Shown here: one piece after another, positions 26,096 through 36,125 of the stretch | How positions within the stretch are numbered: position 1 is the stretch's first letter | Layout: every line of letters starts with the position of its first letter | From: Patescibacteria group bacterium | GTDB lineage: Bacteria > Patescibacteriota > UBA1384 > XYA2-FULL-43-10 > 1-14-0-10-43-13 | NCBI GenBank assembly: GCA_041671645.1 | Contig: JBAZBD010000001.1 | Coordinates: 412,890-476,889 of the forward strand | DNA length: 64,000 nucleotides | Reading direction: 5' to 3' | The notes under the pieces: model-generated | Databases searched by the model: none | What the model saw: only the letters and a program-made list of their open reading frames with translations | What the model was told of the DNA's origin: nothing | Made by a program: the position numbers and the translations under genes

Positions 26096-27385
26096 CTAGA
26101 ATTGACCAATGATGTTTTTGTAGCCAGCTTCGGGGTCTGAGCCGTCAACTGTTTTGGCCGTCGGGGCAGTGAAGCCTCTTGGCGTCATCATGTTCTCTTG
26201 ATTCGTAAATTCGTATCTTGTATAGAATATTTTAGCCGCTCCGAGTTCTATCGCTTTTCTGGTACTGGCCAATATTTGTGTCGCATTTATGTCTGGATCG
26301 GAAGAAATTAGTGCCTCTGCTTCAGTCACCCAAATCGGTTTATTGATGTTGAATTCTGCGAGCAATCTTTTGTATGGCTCGACATTGAAACTGTCGATCG
26401 AATCGCTGGTGATGCAGTGAACATTGGCATAATCAAAAGCGGCGATAGTGTCGGCATTTGCAAATACACTACGGTAGAAACCGATAAAATTATTATTTCC
26501 ACCGGCTGCTCCAGCGATCACCACTTTGGCTTCCGAATCGGCGGCCTTGATCGCCTCGGATGTGTTTATCAGCAGAGTACCATAAGCCTCAGGTGTGTCT
26601 TTCCAAAATTTCAGACGATCGATGCCGTCGGGCGAAGATAAATCAGGTTCGTTCATCACCTCCCAGTGCTTGATTGGCATAGTCAGACCGGCCATATCCT
26701 TGATGCCGTCTCCGTCATAACGCTCAACCATAGCGGTGATCCATTTCTTGTAAGCGATCCAGTCTGTCGGCGCGCATCTCTGAAGCGGCAGATACCCGCG
26801 TCCATAGGTTTCCTCGTCGAGACCAGGCTTGCTGCCCTTTTTGGAATCCTCGCCTCCGGGCGCAAATTCATCATTTGAGGACACAGCGCAACTACTAGCC
26901 TTTGGATTATTCATCTGATCCCAATCAGCAAAGGGCCATATGGTGGCAAGTATTGCAACATTGTCTTTTTGGTATCGTGCGACTTCTTTGTCGGAGATAG
27001 AATAATAGTATTCAGCGTCGGCGCTGGATTGGCTTCTCTCCCAGACGAAGGCTCCGGGGTGCGGCCTGACCCAACCCCCACCAACCCCAGTGATGAATTC
27101 GCCGTCTCCGGGTCCGGCCGACAAAAATCCAAATTTGTTATTCAAAATTGACTCAGGGATAGTTACTTTGGCCACAACACTATTTTCATCGGCTGGAGTG
27201 GATGTGCTCACGCCCTTATCATCCGTCGGCTCCTCTCCTTTTCGAATCACAAAGAAGGCAACACCCGCTAATATCAAAAAGGCTGCTGCTATTACGATCC
27301 AAAGTTTTTTCTTGCTAGACTTCTTCGGTGGTTCGATGCCCTGTTCGCTAGTCGCTGTGCTCTGACTGCTATCTTGAGTTTCCAT
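26096..27385 (-). CDS. Membrane-anchored glycoside hydrolase, clan GH-A (GH5-like)
   Basis: N-terminal TM; HWEVMNEP (acid/base NEP motif) and WVTEAE (nucleophile region); 429 aa. Confidence 0.55.
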   Translation of the reverse strand: METQDSSQSTATSEQGIEPPKKSSKKKLWIVIAAAFLILAGVAFFVIRKGEEPTDDKGVSTSTPADENSVVAKVTIPESILNNKFGFLSAGPGDGEFITGVGGGWVRPHPGAFVWERSQSSADAEYYYSISDKEVARYQKDNVAILATIWPFADWDQMNNPKASSCAVSSNDEFAPGGEDSKKGSKPGLDEETYGRGYLPLQRCAPTDWIAYKKWITAMVERYDGDGIKDMAGLTMPIKHWEVMNEPDLSSPDGIDRLKFWKDTPEAYGTLLINTSEAIKAADSEAKVVIAGAAGGNNNFIGFYRSVFANADTIAAFDYANVHCITSDSIDSFNVEPYKRLLAEFNINKPIWVTEAEALISSDPDINATQILASTRKAIELGAAKIFYTRYEFTNQENMMTPRGFTAPTAKTVDGSDPEAGYKNIIGQF

Positions 27386-27566
27386 ATCCCACTCCTTTTA
27401 ATTTATTGATGTATATATTATATTCCGATGTATAAAAAACTAGAAGACATCATTTGATCAATGAAGTGGCATTTATTTGCCAGCGTCTTTGGCGTAAAAT
27501 ATGGTCAGGAGCTAATATCAATTGGTCGTGGTATGATATTGGAGTAGATATTTAATTGGAGGCGAT

Positions 27567-28628
27567 ATGGACAAATTTGTGAAGAAATTAAAGCCCCTGT
27601 GCAAAAATGAATTTCTGAAAAAGTGGTGGCTGGTAATATTGCTATCAATAATTTTGGCCGGTGGTGTTCTCGTATTTTTGCGTGGAGATGAGGACGAATG
27701 GACTAAGAATAAATATGGAATTTGGGTCAAACATGGCAACCCGAGTAGCGCCGCTCCTGACGGGGCGAAAACAGCTGAGACTTGGAAGCGGGACAAGACT
27801 ATGCTGATGGGCGAGACAACATCGAGTGACACCCATAAAATTTCTGACAATCTATATCGTATGTTTGTGAATGGAAAAGGCGGAATTTCATACGCTGAAT
27901 CGACCGACGGCAAGAACTGGGGCTCCCTTGCCAACACCGGGGTGACGGAGGACGAGAATATGATGATCTCCAATCCTTCTGCACTAAAACTGGCCGATGG
28001 AAGCTGGATTATGCTCTATGAACAGACGTCAAAAACTCAGCCGGGCCAGCAAAAAGGTCCAAATGGTAAATCAAACCAGAGGAACCTTTACCTGGCTACC
28101 TCTGCAGACGGTATTACTTTTGCGAAGCAGGGGATTGCTATTGATAGTAGCAAAAGTGACAATTTCTTCGCTTCAGTCCCAGATATGGTATTGATGCCGA
28201 ACAACGATGTCCGCCTTTACTACGTTTGTGGCGGTAACGCGATCTGCTCAAGTATTTCGAAGGACAGCGGCAAAACCTGGGTCAAGGAGCCAGGTTTTCG
28301 GATGGCGAACATGGCAGTCGATCCTGATGTGGTCAAACAAACGGTCGATGGCAAGACTAGTTGGGTGATGTATTATTCAGTCTTGGAGCCAAGCGAAAAC
28401 AATCTTTTCAAGGCCATCTCGACCGACGGATATCTTTGGACGAAATTGTCTGGCCAGGTGATCAAAAAGACTGGTGAAAACGCGATTGTTGACCCTGATG
28501 TATTTGAAACTACGCCAGGGAGCTGGGTTATGAATTTTGGAGAATCAGGCGGCAATTCCTCTACTGGAGGAGACCAGATCAATCTCTACCGCGCCACATT
28601 TGAGGGCGATATCTTCGCAGAGAAATAA
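27567..28628 (+). CDS. Membrane-anchored BNR/Asp-box repeat protein (sialidase/GH-like beta-propeller)
   Basis: N-terminal TM; Asp-box-like repeats SKDSGKTW, STDGYLW, TSADGITF. Confidence 0.5.
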   Translation: MDKFVKKLKPLCKNEFLKKWWLVILLSIILAGGVLVFLRGDEDEWTKNKYGIWVKHGNPSSAAPDGAKTAETWKRDKTMLMGETTSSDTHKISDNLYRMFVNGKGGISYAESTDGKNWGSLANTGVTEDENMMISNPSALKLADGSWIMLYEQTSKTQPGQQKGPNGKSNQRNLYLATSADGITFAKQGIAIDSSKSDNFFASVPDMVLMPNNDVRLYYVCGGNAICSSISKDSGKTWVKEPGFRMANMAVDPDVVKQTVDGKTSWVMYYSVLEPSENNLFKAISTDGYLWTKLSGQVIKKTGENAIVDPDVFETTPGSWVMNFGESGGNSSTGGDQINLYRATFEGDIFAEK

Positions 28629-29594
28629 ATGGATACAATATTCTACCCTATCAAATTACTTGCCGAATGGCTTACGGGAAGCGTTTTCTCTATCTACGGC
28701 GACTCACGACTCGGTGAAGTGATCAACTTTTTCATATACGACACGATCAAGATTTTGATCCTGCTTTTCGTGATTATTTTTGTCGTCTCGATGATTCGCT
28801 CTTTTCTTCCACCGGAAAAGATTCGTCGATTGCTGTCTCACAAGAATCAATTTATCGGCAATATTTTGGCCTCACTCCTTGGAATTGTTACACCATTCTG
28901 TACTTGCAGTGCAATTCCTCTCTTCCTGGGTTTTATCGAAGCTGGTGTGCCGCTGGGCGTGACTTTTTCTTTCCTGATTGCTAGCCCGATGATCAACGAA
29001 GTTGCACTGGTGCTACTTCTGGGCATGTTTGGCTGGAAAATCGCCCTACTATATATAGTAAGCGGCCTTTTGATAGCCATAGTGTCAGGCCTGGTTATTG
29101 GCCGACTCAAGCCTGAGAAATTATTGATCGAAATTGATTATCAAAAAAATATTTTTAACGAACAGCGCAAAATTACTTGGAAATATCGGGTGAACTGGGC
29201 CAGGGAATACGCCCTCAACATTACCAAAAAAGTTTGGGTTTATGTCGTCGTCGGTATCGCACTCGGGGCGATAATCCATGGCTATGTGCCGACCGATTTC
29301 TTGGCACGATACGCTGGAAGCGACAAATGGTATGCAGTTCCGTTTGCCACGTTGCTCGGCGTCCCACTCTATTCAAATGCAGCTGGGATCGTCCCATTGA
29401 TCTCGGTATTGACGGAAAAGGGCGTAGCGATCGGGACGGTTCTCGCTTTTATGATGGCAGTGACGGGGCTATCCTTGCCAGAGTTTATGATTTTGAAGAA
29501 AGTGATGAAAACAAAATTGATCATAATCTTTGCCTCGATAGTCGCATTGGGCATTATGCTGACCGGGTATTTGTTTAATTTAGTACTAAAATAA
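28629..29594 (+). CDS. Permease of the DUF318/ArsP-like family
   Basis: 321 aa; ~8 TM helices; conserved TPFCTCSAIP motif (the TPFCSCS-like Cys pair of ArsP-type permeases). Confidence 0.6.
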   Translation: MDTIFYPIKLLAEWLTGSVFSIYGDSRLGEVINFFIYDTIKILILLFVIIFVVSMIRSFLPPEKIRRLLSHKNQFIGNILASLLGIVTPFCTCSAIPLFLGFIEAGVPLGVTFSFLIASPMINEVALVLLLGMFGWKIALLYIVSGLLIAIVSGLVIGRLKPEKLLIEIDYQKNIFNEQRKITWKYRVNWAREYALNITKKVWVYVVVGIALGAIIHGYVPTDFLARYAGSDKWYAVPFATLLGVPLYSNAAGIVPLISVLTEKGVAIGTVLAFMMAVTGLSLPEFMILKKVMKTKLIIIFASIVALGIMLTGYLFNLVLK

Positions 29595-29602
29595 GTCTTT
29601 GG

Positions 29603-30220
29603 CTATTGGTTCTTGACCACGATTGTCTCAATCGTGTTGGCGGCGTCTTCGCAACGATCTGTAATGTGTTCTAGGATTTCGTAGAGTTCCTTGATTTTCA
29701 TAATAGTGATTGGGTCGGTCTCATTTTTGAACAATTCTCCTAGTGTATGGCGGTGTAAATCATCAGCCTCGTTTTCGATGAAATTGACAAACTCGCAGTG
29801 TTTGAGAAGTTTGGCCTGATTTTTGTTTTTGCCCAATTCTCTAACTGCCGCAACGACTTGTTTGATCGCTTTCTCGGCGATGTGGATGTAGAGAAAAGCG
29901 GGTTTGGGGATGGGATCAATGTTGTAGATATATATTCTGGCAACTGCCATATCCATGACGTCTATAACATCATCGAGTTCGGAAGCTAACTCGGCAATAT
30001 CCTCGCGGTCAAGTGGGGTGATGAAGGTCTTGTTCAGTTTGTTCATGACCTCATGGATAACATCGTCGGCATCGTGCTCGATTTTTTTGATTTTGATCGA
30101 TTGCTTGTGAGCGTCGGTGTTGGTCTCGAGATCAGAAAGAACGTCGACCGCTTTTTGCATCAGGGTGGCCTGTTTTTCAAAAAGTACGAAGAAATCAGTT
30201 GACTGCGGGAAAAATCTCAT
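29603..30220 (-). CDS. DUF47 (PhoU-like) phosphate transport accessory protein
   Basis: 205 aa; helical; FITPLDREDI block typical of Pit-associated DUF47; immediately downstream of pitA. Confidence 0.7.
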   Translation of the reverse strand: MRFFPQSTDFFVLFEKQATLMQKAVDVLSDLETNTDAHKQSIKIKKIEHDADDVIHEVMNKLNKTFITPLDREDIAELASELDDVIDVMDMAVARIYIYNIDPIPKPAFLYIHIAEKAIKQVVAAVRELGKNKNQAKLLKHCEFVNFIENEADDLHRHTLGELFKNETDPITIMKIKELYEILEHITDRCEDAANTIETIVVKNQ

Positions 30221-30228
30221 AAAATCCT

Positions 30229-31239
30229 TTATTTAATAAAAAGTATGACAATTTGATAGACGACGAAGGAGAAGATGGCGGCAAGCGGGATGGTCAAAAG
30301 CCAGGCCCAAACAATATTGAAAGTCACGCCCCAACGGACGGCTGAGAGTCGTCTGGCCGATCCGACCCCAGAAATGGCTCCAGTAATGACATGAGTGGTC
30401 GAGACCGGAACGCCAAGATGGGTAGCGAAGAAGATGCTGAAGGCGCTGGCTGTCTCGGCGGCGAAGCCGTCTATCGGACGAAGCTTGGTGATCTTGCTGC
30501 CCATTGTTTTGACAATGCGCCATCCACCAAATAGGGTGCCCAGGGCGATGGCAGCCTGGCAGGAAAGCACAACCCAGAGTGGAATTGTAAATGTATGGGT
30601 GATACCGCCGGCCAAAAGGACTGTCGCTATTATACCCATAGTTTTCTGTGCATCGTTACCACCATGGCCCAAACTGTAGAGAGCGGCCGAGAATATTTGC
30701 ATTATTTTGGACCATTTTGTAACTTTGGCTGGAGTCTGCTTGCGTGCGATCCAGGTCACCAAAGTTATTAATACAAGCCCCAGGACCATCCCGATTGTGG
30801 GGGCCAGGACTATGAAAATTACTGTTTTGGTCCAGCCAGCCCAGAGAACCGCACCGAATCCCGCTTTGGCAATAGCGGCCCCAGCATAGCCTCCGATCAG
30901 GGCGTGGGAGGAACTAGTCGGGAGGCCGAAGTACCAGGTTGTCAAATTCCAGACAATGGTTCCGATTACTCCAGCCATAATGACGTAGAGATCAACCTGG
31001 TTGATATCGATCATGCCCTTTCCGATGGTCTTGGCGACGGCGGTGCCGAAGATTAGGAAGGCGATAAAATTAAAAAAGGCTGCCCATATGACAGCTTGTT
31101 TTGGCGTGAGCACTCTTGTTGACACAACGGTCGCTACAGAATTGGCGGCGTCGTGGAAACCATTGGTAAAGTCAAAAATTAGCGCCAGGGCGATAATTAC
31201 GATTATTAAGATGAGTGTGCCTGTGATCATCTTCCTCAA
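30229..31239 (-). CDS. pitA: Inorganic phosphate transporter, PiT family
   Basis: GFHDAANSVATVV and GGNDAQKTMGII PHO4 signature repeats; 336 aa; multi-TM. Confidence 0.85.
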   Translation of the reverse strand: MRKMITGTLILIIVIIALALIFDFTNGFHDAANSVATVVSTRVLTPKQAVIWAAFFNFIAFLIFGTAVAKTIGKGMIDINQVDLYVIMAGVIGTIVWNLTTWYFGLPTSSSHALIGGYAGAAIAKAGFGAVLWAGWTKTVIFIVLAPTIGMVLGLVLITLVTWIARKQTPAKVTKWSKIMQIFSAALYSLGHGGNDAQKTMGIIATVLLAGGITHTFTIPLWVVLSCQAAIALGTLFGGWRIVKTMGSKITKLRPIDGFAAETASAFSIFFATHLGVPVSTTHVITGAISGVGSARRLSAVRWGVTFNIVWAWLLTIPLAAIFSFVVYQIVILFIK

Positions 31240-31337
31240 TCTAACAGATAAAATTATTCTTTGTCTAGGGGGCGATACTGGCGAGAAGTATAATTTTGGG
31301 ATAGAATTTATTTATATTTATAAATGGAAGGAGCTCG

Positions 31338-32060
31338 ATGTCGGAAGAAAAGGGCCAGAAAAGCCGGTTGACTCTAATTATTGCTGTCCTGATGCTGATT
31401 TTTCTCTTAATTATATTTTTCCGCTTTGGGTTTGTCCTTAGTTTTTGGATTACATTGATCCTGTGGCTAGTCTATTGGTGCGTCAAATATTTCTTGAAAT
31501 TGTCGGTGATGATTTCCTGGATTATTCTGTTTTTCATTATCATTTTTAGTTTGCTTGTTTCAATTAACGTTTTTCCTGGCTTGAAAGTTGTCAAAAGCAC
31601 TAGTAAATCTACAACCTCTGCCACTTTGGTCAAATGTACTTCGACATCATCTGATCAGCCAACCACCATCCCTGGTTACAAAGCATTGATGTACGCCCAG
31701 GGCCTTAATTCAAATAGCGAGACGGATACGGGGACAAGGACATTTTCGCTCTCAGCTTTGAAAAGCAAATCAGGAGGGGACGATATTTACTTCAATTTTG
31801 CCAAAGATCCCGAGGGGAATATCAAAGGGGTCAAGGGTATGATCGAAGTTTGCGACTCAAACAATATGACTTCCCGACTTGGCACGACCAAGGACACGAC
31901 AGCTACTCCGGCTGGTGAAAACGCATGGGGCGTTATCTATTATATGCATGGTGGCAACTACCCTCATGGCACTGGCGAGTATAGAGTTGATTCATATGCC
32001 AATGTGAGCGGGACTTGGGTCTTTGTCGGGAGAGTAACAGGAATCACAATTACAGAATAG
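31338..32060 (+). CDS. Membrane protein with a C-terminal extracellular domain
   Basis: 240 aa; 3-4 N-terminal TM helices, then an S/T-rich linker and a beta-rich domain. Confidence 0.4.
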   Translation: MSEEKGQKSRLTLIIAVLMLIFLLIIFFRFGFVLSFWITLILWLVYWCVKYFLKLSVMISWIILFFIIIFSLLVSINVFPGLKVVKSTSKSTTSATLVKCTSTSSDQPTTIPGYKALMYAQGLNSNSETDTGTRTFSLSALKSKSGGDDIYFNFAKDPEGNIKGVKGMIEVCDSNNMTSRLGTTKDTTATPAGENAWGVIYYMHGGNYPHGTGEYRVDSYANVSGTWVFVGRVTGITITE

Positions 32061-32112
32061 TCCGAATGTTGTACTCAATAAAAAACCAACGCATCTATTG
32101 GTGTGTTGGCGG

Positions 32113-32592
32113 TTATTTGAATAGAGGAAAAAATTCGAGACAGGCAGGGTATAGCAAGCAAAGTCCGAGGGCGACTAGTTTGAATCCGAGCCAGCTATAA
32201 GTCTGGTGATGCGCCTCACTGCTTTTGCGAGTGAGAGTGAACATTGACATTACGGCCATGCCCCAGAAAATCGAACGGCCAACCTCGCAAGCGCCCTCTT
32301 TGTCGGCCATGACAGCGGCGAAGATAAACATTGTGGCTGCGATTGCGTGAAATACAATCCATCGATAGGACTTAGTGTAGAACCCTATGATGTATGGGAG
32401 GAAGGCAAGCAGCCATACAGTGTATGACACTGGGTGGATGACTGATATGCTCTCTGCTACGATTTTGGTACAGGGTAGTAGAAAGTAGGTAGCTGCATAA
32501 AGGACAGCGAAGACAAGAAACCACAGAAAAATTAATTTTTTCACAGACGTCACCTCTCCTACTTCTATAACATAAAACTCAATTATTAACAA
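32113..32592 (-). CDS. Integral membrane protein
   Basis: 159 aa; ~5 TM helices. Confidence 0.35.
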   Translation of the reverse strand: MLIIEFYVIEVGEVTSVKKLIFLWFLVFAVLYAATYFLLPCTKIVAESISVIHPVSYTVWLLAFLPYIIGFYTKSYRWIVFHAIAATMFIFAAVMADKEGACEVGRSIFWGMAVMSMFTLTRKSSEAHHQTYSWLGFKLVALGLCLLYPACLEFFPLFK

Positions 32593-32655
32593 TCAGATAT
32601 TCGGTGGTTACCTCTCCTCAGTTTATTTTCAGCTATTTTGGTGTATGATCTGTTT

Positions 32656-33336
32656 ATGAGAATACTTATTGTCGAAGATGATCACAAAATTGCAAATGCA
32701 GTCAAGAAGGGTTTGGAACAGGAATTGTATGCTGTAGATATTTCTTATGATGGCAAAGATGGCTTGGGTAATGCGCTTACAAATCCGTATGATTTAATCA
32801 TACTCGACCGAATGTTACCTGAAGTCGACGGTATCAAAATCTGCGAAGCAATTAGGAAAAAACAAATTCATACTCCAATAATTATATTGACCGCAAAGGA
32901 TAAAGTGGGCGACAGGGTCGAGGGGCTAAATGCCGGTGCTGATGATTATCTGGTCAAACCTTTTGCTTTTGAAGAATTATTAGCTAGGGTCCGTGCTTTA
33001 CTTAGGCGCCCCAAAAATGTAATAGCAAATGTGATTACCGTTGGTGATTTACGATTGGATACTATTACTTTTGAAGTATTTAGGGGAGACAAACCGATTG
33101 ATCTGTCATCAAAAGAATTTGCTCTTTTGGAATATATGATGAGAAACTCCGATAGGATATTGACCAAGGATAACATTATCGGGCACGTTTGGGATTATGA
33201 TGCAGATATATTGCCCAACACAGTTGAGGTGTATATCGGGTATTTGAGAAATAAAATTGACAAGCCTTTTGTTGGAAAAAAACCATTAATTCAAACCGCT
33301 CGTGGGTTTGGCTACAAAATCGGAATAGGAAAATGA
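32656..33336 (+). CDS. OmpR-family response regulator
   Basis: MRILIVEDD...DLIILDRMLP receiver domain; C-terminal winged-helix trans_reg_C (VEVYIGYLRNKID). Confidence 0.85.
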   Translation: MRILIVEDDHKIANAVKKGLEQELYAVDISYDGKDGLGNALTNPYDLIILDRMLPEVDGIKICEAIRKKQIHTPIIILTAKDKVGDRVEGLNAGADDYLVKPFAFEELLARVRALLRRPKNVIANVITVGDLRLDTITFEVFRGDKPIDLSSKEFALLEYMMRNSDRILTKDNIIGHVWDYDADILPNTVEVYIGYLRNKIDKPFVGKKPLIQTARGFGYKIGIGK

Positions 33337-34358
33337 AAATTAACAAAATCTTCAAAGATATTTTTGATCAAGCTTCACTACGTCTGTCGCTGTTTTATGT
33401 ATTGATTATTATGATGATTAGTATCGGATTTAGCGTCGGTTTATTCAATATCTCCTCAAATGAAATAGGCAGAGGTCTTGGCAAACAATCTCGCTTTCTC
33501 CAAGATATTAACATGCACGTCCTGGCTCCCAATATTGATCTTGAGCGATTGAGACAAGAGCAGATTGACGAGAGCAACGGAAATTTGCGGACCAATCTGA
33601 TTTATTTCAATCTGTTGATTCTTTTGCTCTCTTCGTGTGCCAGTTATTTCTTCGCCAGAAAAACACTGGAGCCGATTAGAGAATCTGTCGAGGCCCAAAA
33701 TCGTTTTACGGCTGACGCCTCTCACGAATTGCGTACGCCGCTGACAGCTCTTCGAACAGAAATTGAAGTCGCAATGCGCGATGATAAATTAAATCTGCAA
33801 GCGGCCAAGAAGCTTCTTGAAAGTAATCTTGAAGAAATAGCCAAACTGGAATCTCTTTCCAACGCGCTTTTGAAGCTAGCCAAAAATGAGAACTCGAAGC
33901 CAGAAATTGGGAAAGTTGATCTGAGTGAAGTTGTTATTAGCGCCTATGAGAAGGTCGAGAGTTTGGCCAACAAAAAGTCGATGATCTTTGATAATCACTT
34001 GCAGCCAGCAATTGTTCGCGGCGATAGGCATAGCTTGACCGAACTTTTCGTTATCCTTTTGGATAATGCGATCAAGTACAGCCCGAACAAATCAAAAATT
34101 AATATTGATATTCAAATTGATGGCAATTTCGTACTTGTCGGAATTAAGGATCGAGGCCTGGGAATCAAGGCTTCGGATCTTCCTTATATATTTAATCGAT
34201 TCTATCGAGCGGATAATTCTCGGAGCAAGGAAAGTGTCGCTGGCTATGGGCTTGGTTTGTCGATTGCGAAACAAATCGCTGATCTTCACGGTGGCAATTT
34301 GAGCGCTACGAGCAAGCCTGGCAAGGGCAGTGAGTTCATTGTAAAATTGCCGGCTTAA
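33333..34358 (+). CDS. Sensor histidine kinase
   Basis: Two TM helices; H-box ADASHELRTPLTAL; N box and G boxes (DRGLGI, GYGLGLSIAKQIADLHGG); overlaps the response-regulator stop. Confidence 0.85.
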   Translation: MKINKIFKDIFDQASLRLSLFYVLIIMMISIGFSVGLFNISSNEIGRGLGKQSRFLQDINMHVLAPNIDLERLRQEQIDESNGNLRTNLIYFNLLILLLSSCASYFFARKTLEPIRESVEAQNRFTADASHELRTPLTALRTEIEVAMRDDKLNLQAAKKLLESNLEEIAKLESLSNALLKLAKNENSKPEIGKVDLSEVVISAYEKVESLANKKSMIFDNHLQPAIVRGDRHSLTELFVILLDNAIKYSPNKSKINIDIQIDGNFVLVGIKDRGLGIKASDLPYIFNRFYRADNSRSKESVAGYGLGLSIAKQIADLHGGNLSATSKPGKGSEFIVKLPA

Positions 34359-34453
34359 GTTGTTGAACAATTTTGTCTTAAGGATTAAGATAAAGGTGTC
34401 CTTTTTGCGTTTGAAATAATTTTATAAAAACAAATCAAAATCATAGGAGAAAA

Positions 34454-34894
34454 ATGCCAAAAAAGAAAAACAAAAAATTCCAGCTGACCGATATCCCAGA
34501 TATCATGGTGAAATGGGTCGGGTCTACAAATTCCTTAATCGTACACACTCTAATCTTTTTGTTTTCATTTCTATCGCATTGGATTTTTGGGATATCATTA
34601 GACTTTGTCCTATTAGTTCTGACCACCGTAGTATCCCTTGAGGCTATCTATCTCGCCATATTCATTCAGCGCTCAGTAAATCAACAAGCGACACGCCTTG
34701 AAGATGTTGAGGAAGCTCTTGATGACGTTGAAGAAAGTTTGGATGACGTCGAAGAATCAATTGATGATGTTGAAGAGAGTTTATCGTCGAAAGACGGTGC
34801 GCCCCACAAGAACTCAAAAGAAATTCATCGCTCCCTGGAGGAACTAATTTCTGAAATCAAAGCATTATCAAAAGAGATCAAAAATCGTTCATAA
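34454..34894 (+). CDS. Membrane protein with a C-terminal coiled coil containing 7-aa tandem repeats (DUF1003-like architecture)
   Basis: Two TM helices, then EDVEEALDDVEESLDDVEESIDDVEESL (21-nt tandem repeats). Confidence 0.4.
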   Translation: MPKKKNKKFQLTDIPDIMVKWVGSTNSLIVHTLIFLFSFLSHWIFGISLDFVLLVLTTVVSLEAIYLAIFIQRSVNQQATRLEDVEEALDDVEESLDDVEESIDDVEESLSSKDGAPHKNSKEIHRSLEELISEIKALSKEIKNRS

Positions 34895-34920
34895 ATATAA
34901 TTTAATGCATGGAGTGAACC

Positions 34921-35544
34921 ATGGCAAAAGTTGATTATAAGAAAGAGATGAAGGAACTATATAGTCCTTCGACCAAAGAAGTGGCAGAAGTTGTCGTGCC
35001 CAAAATGAATTTCCTGATGATTGATGGCAAGGGCGACCCCAATACTTCTCAGGAATATATTGACTCGATTCAGACGCTTTATCCCGTGGCCTATACGATT
35101 AAATTTGCAATCAAGAAGTCAACCGGCCTGGACTTCGGCGTGATGCCGCTCGAGGGACTTTGGTGGTCAGATGACATGAGTGATTTTACGGCTGGTAAGA
35201 AGGACAATTGGCAGTGGACGAGCATGATCATGCAGCCAGACGTCGTGACCAGGGAAATTTTTGAAAAAGCAGTGGCGGACGTCAAAGCCAAGAATCCGCC
35301 AGCTGGCGGACCAGCATCTATCGACAAAATACGGTTTGAAAGTTACGACGAAGGCCAGGCCGCACAAATTATGTATATTGGTTCGTACTCTGAAGAGGGG
35401 CCGACGATCAAGCGGATCCATGAAAAAATATTATCTGGTGGTGGTAAGCTCTCTGGCAAACATCATGAAATTTATCTGTCGGATCCGCGTAAAGCAGACC
35501 CGAAAAAACTAAAAACCGTGATTAGACAGCCATTCAAGGAGTAG
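34921..35544 (+). CDS. GyrI-like small-molecule-binding domain protein (putative)
   Basis: 207 aa; HHEIYLSDPRK near the C-terminus and overall size resemble GyrI-like/AraC-effector-binding family proteins. Low certainty. Confidence 0.4.
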   Translation: MAKVDYKKEMKELYSPSTKEVAEVVVPKMNFLMIDGKGDPNTSQEYIDSIQTLYPVAYTIKFAIKKSTGLDFGVMPLEGLWWSDDMSDFTAGKKDNWQWTSMIMQPDVVTREIFEKAVADVKAKNPPAGGPASIDKIRFESYDEGQAAQIMYIGSYSEEGPTIKRIHEKILSGGGKLSGKHHEIYLSDPRKADPKKLKTVIRQPFKE

Positions 35545-35565
35545 AAAATAATACTTGGAGGAATC

Positions 35566-36045
35566 ATGAAGCAAGAAGGAACATGTTGTCCGAAATTTGA
35601 CCCGGCACCGTGGCAGGAAAAGGAAGTGACTTGGAGGGACAAACTTTTCGTCAAAGATAGTGTGAAAGCATTTATGCATATTCCGCTCAATATGGGTGCG
35701 GTCATGACAAAAATGGGCAAGCTGATCGATGAGACAGGCGCAAAACTGGACAACAATGATTATCTAATCTTGTCGGACGAACTATCTCCATGGAAAAGCG
35801 ACCAACTCATAGCCGTAACCAAGGAGGTCCCGGGACTTGAGAGCGTCAGACTATCGGGCACATACCTAACCAAAGTTTTCGAAGGGCCTTATCAGGAGGC
35901 GCCGAATTGGTATCGTGAAATGCAAAATTTTGTGAAGGGGAAGGGTAAAGAGGCCAAGAAAATATACATGTTCTATACCACCTGTCCAAAATGTGCAAAG
36001 AAATATGGCCATAATTACGTCGTTCTCCTGGCTCAAATAAGATAA
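35566..36045 (+). CDS. Hypothetical protein with Cys pairs (CCP...CPKC)
   Basis: 159 aa; N-terminal CC and C-terminal CPKC suggest metal binding. Confidence 0.4.
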   Translation: MKQEGTCCPKFDPAPWQEKEVTWRDKLFVKDSVKAFMHIPLNMGAVMTKMGKLIDETGAKLDNNDYLILSDELSPWKSDQLIAVTKEVPGLESVRLSGTYLTKVFEGPYQEAPNWYREMQNFVKGKGKEAKKIYMFYTTCPKCAKKYGHNYVVLLAQIR

Positions 36046-36125
36046 CGCGGCGTCTATAAGCAGATTCTCAGAAATTGCTCATACTATATATGAGTAGGTT
36101 TTATTTATAATTTTTTGGAGCAACT

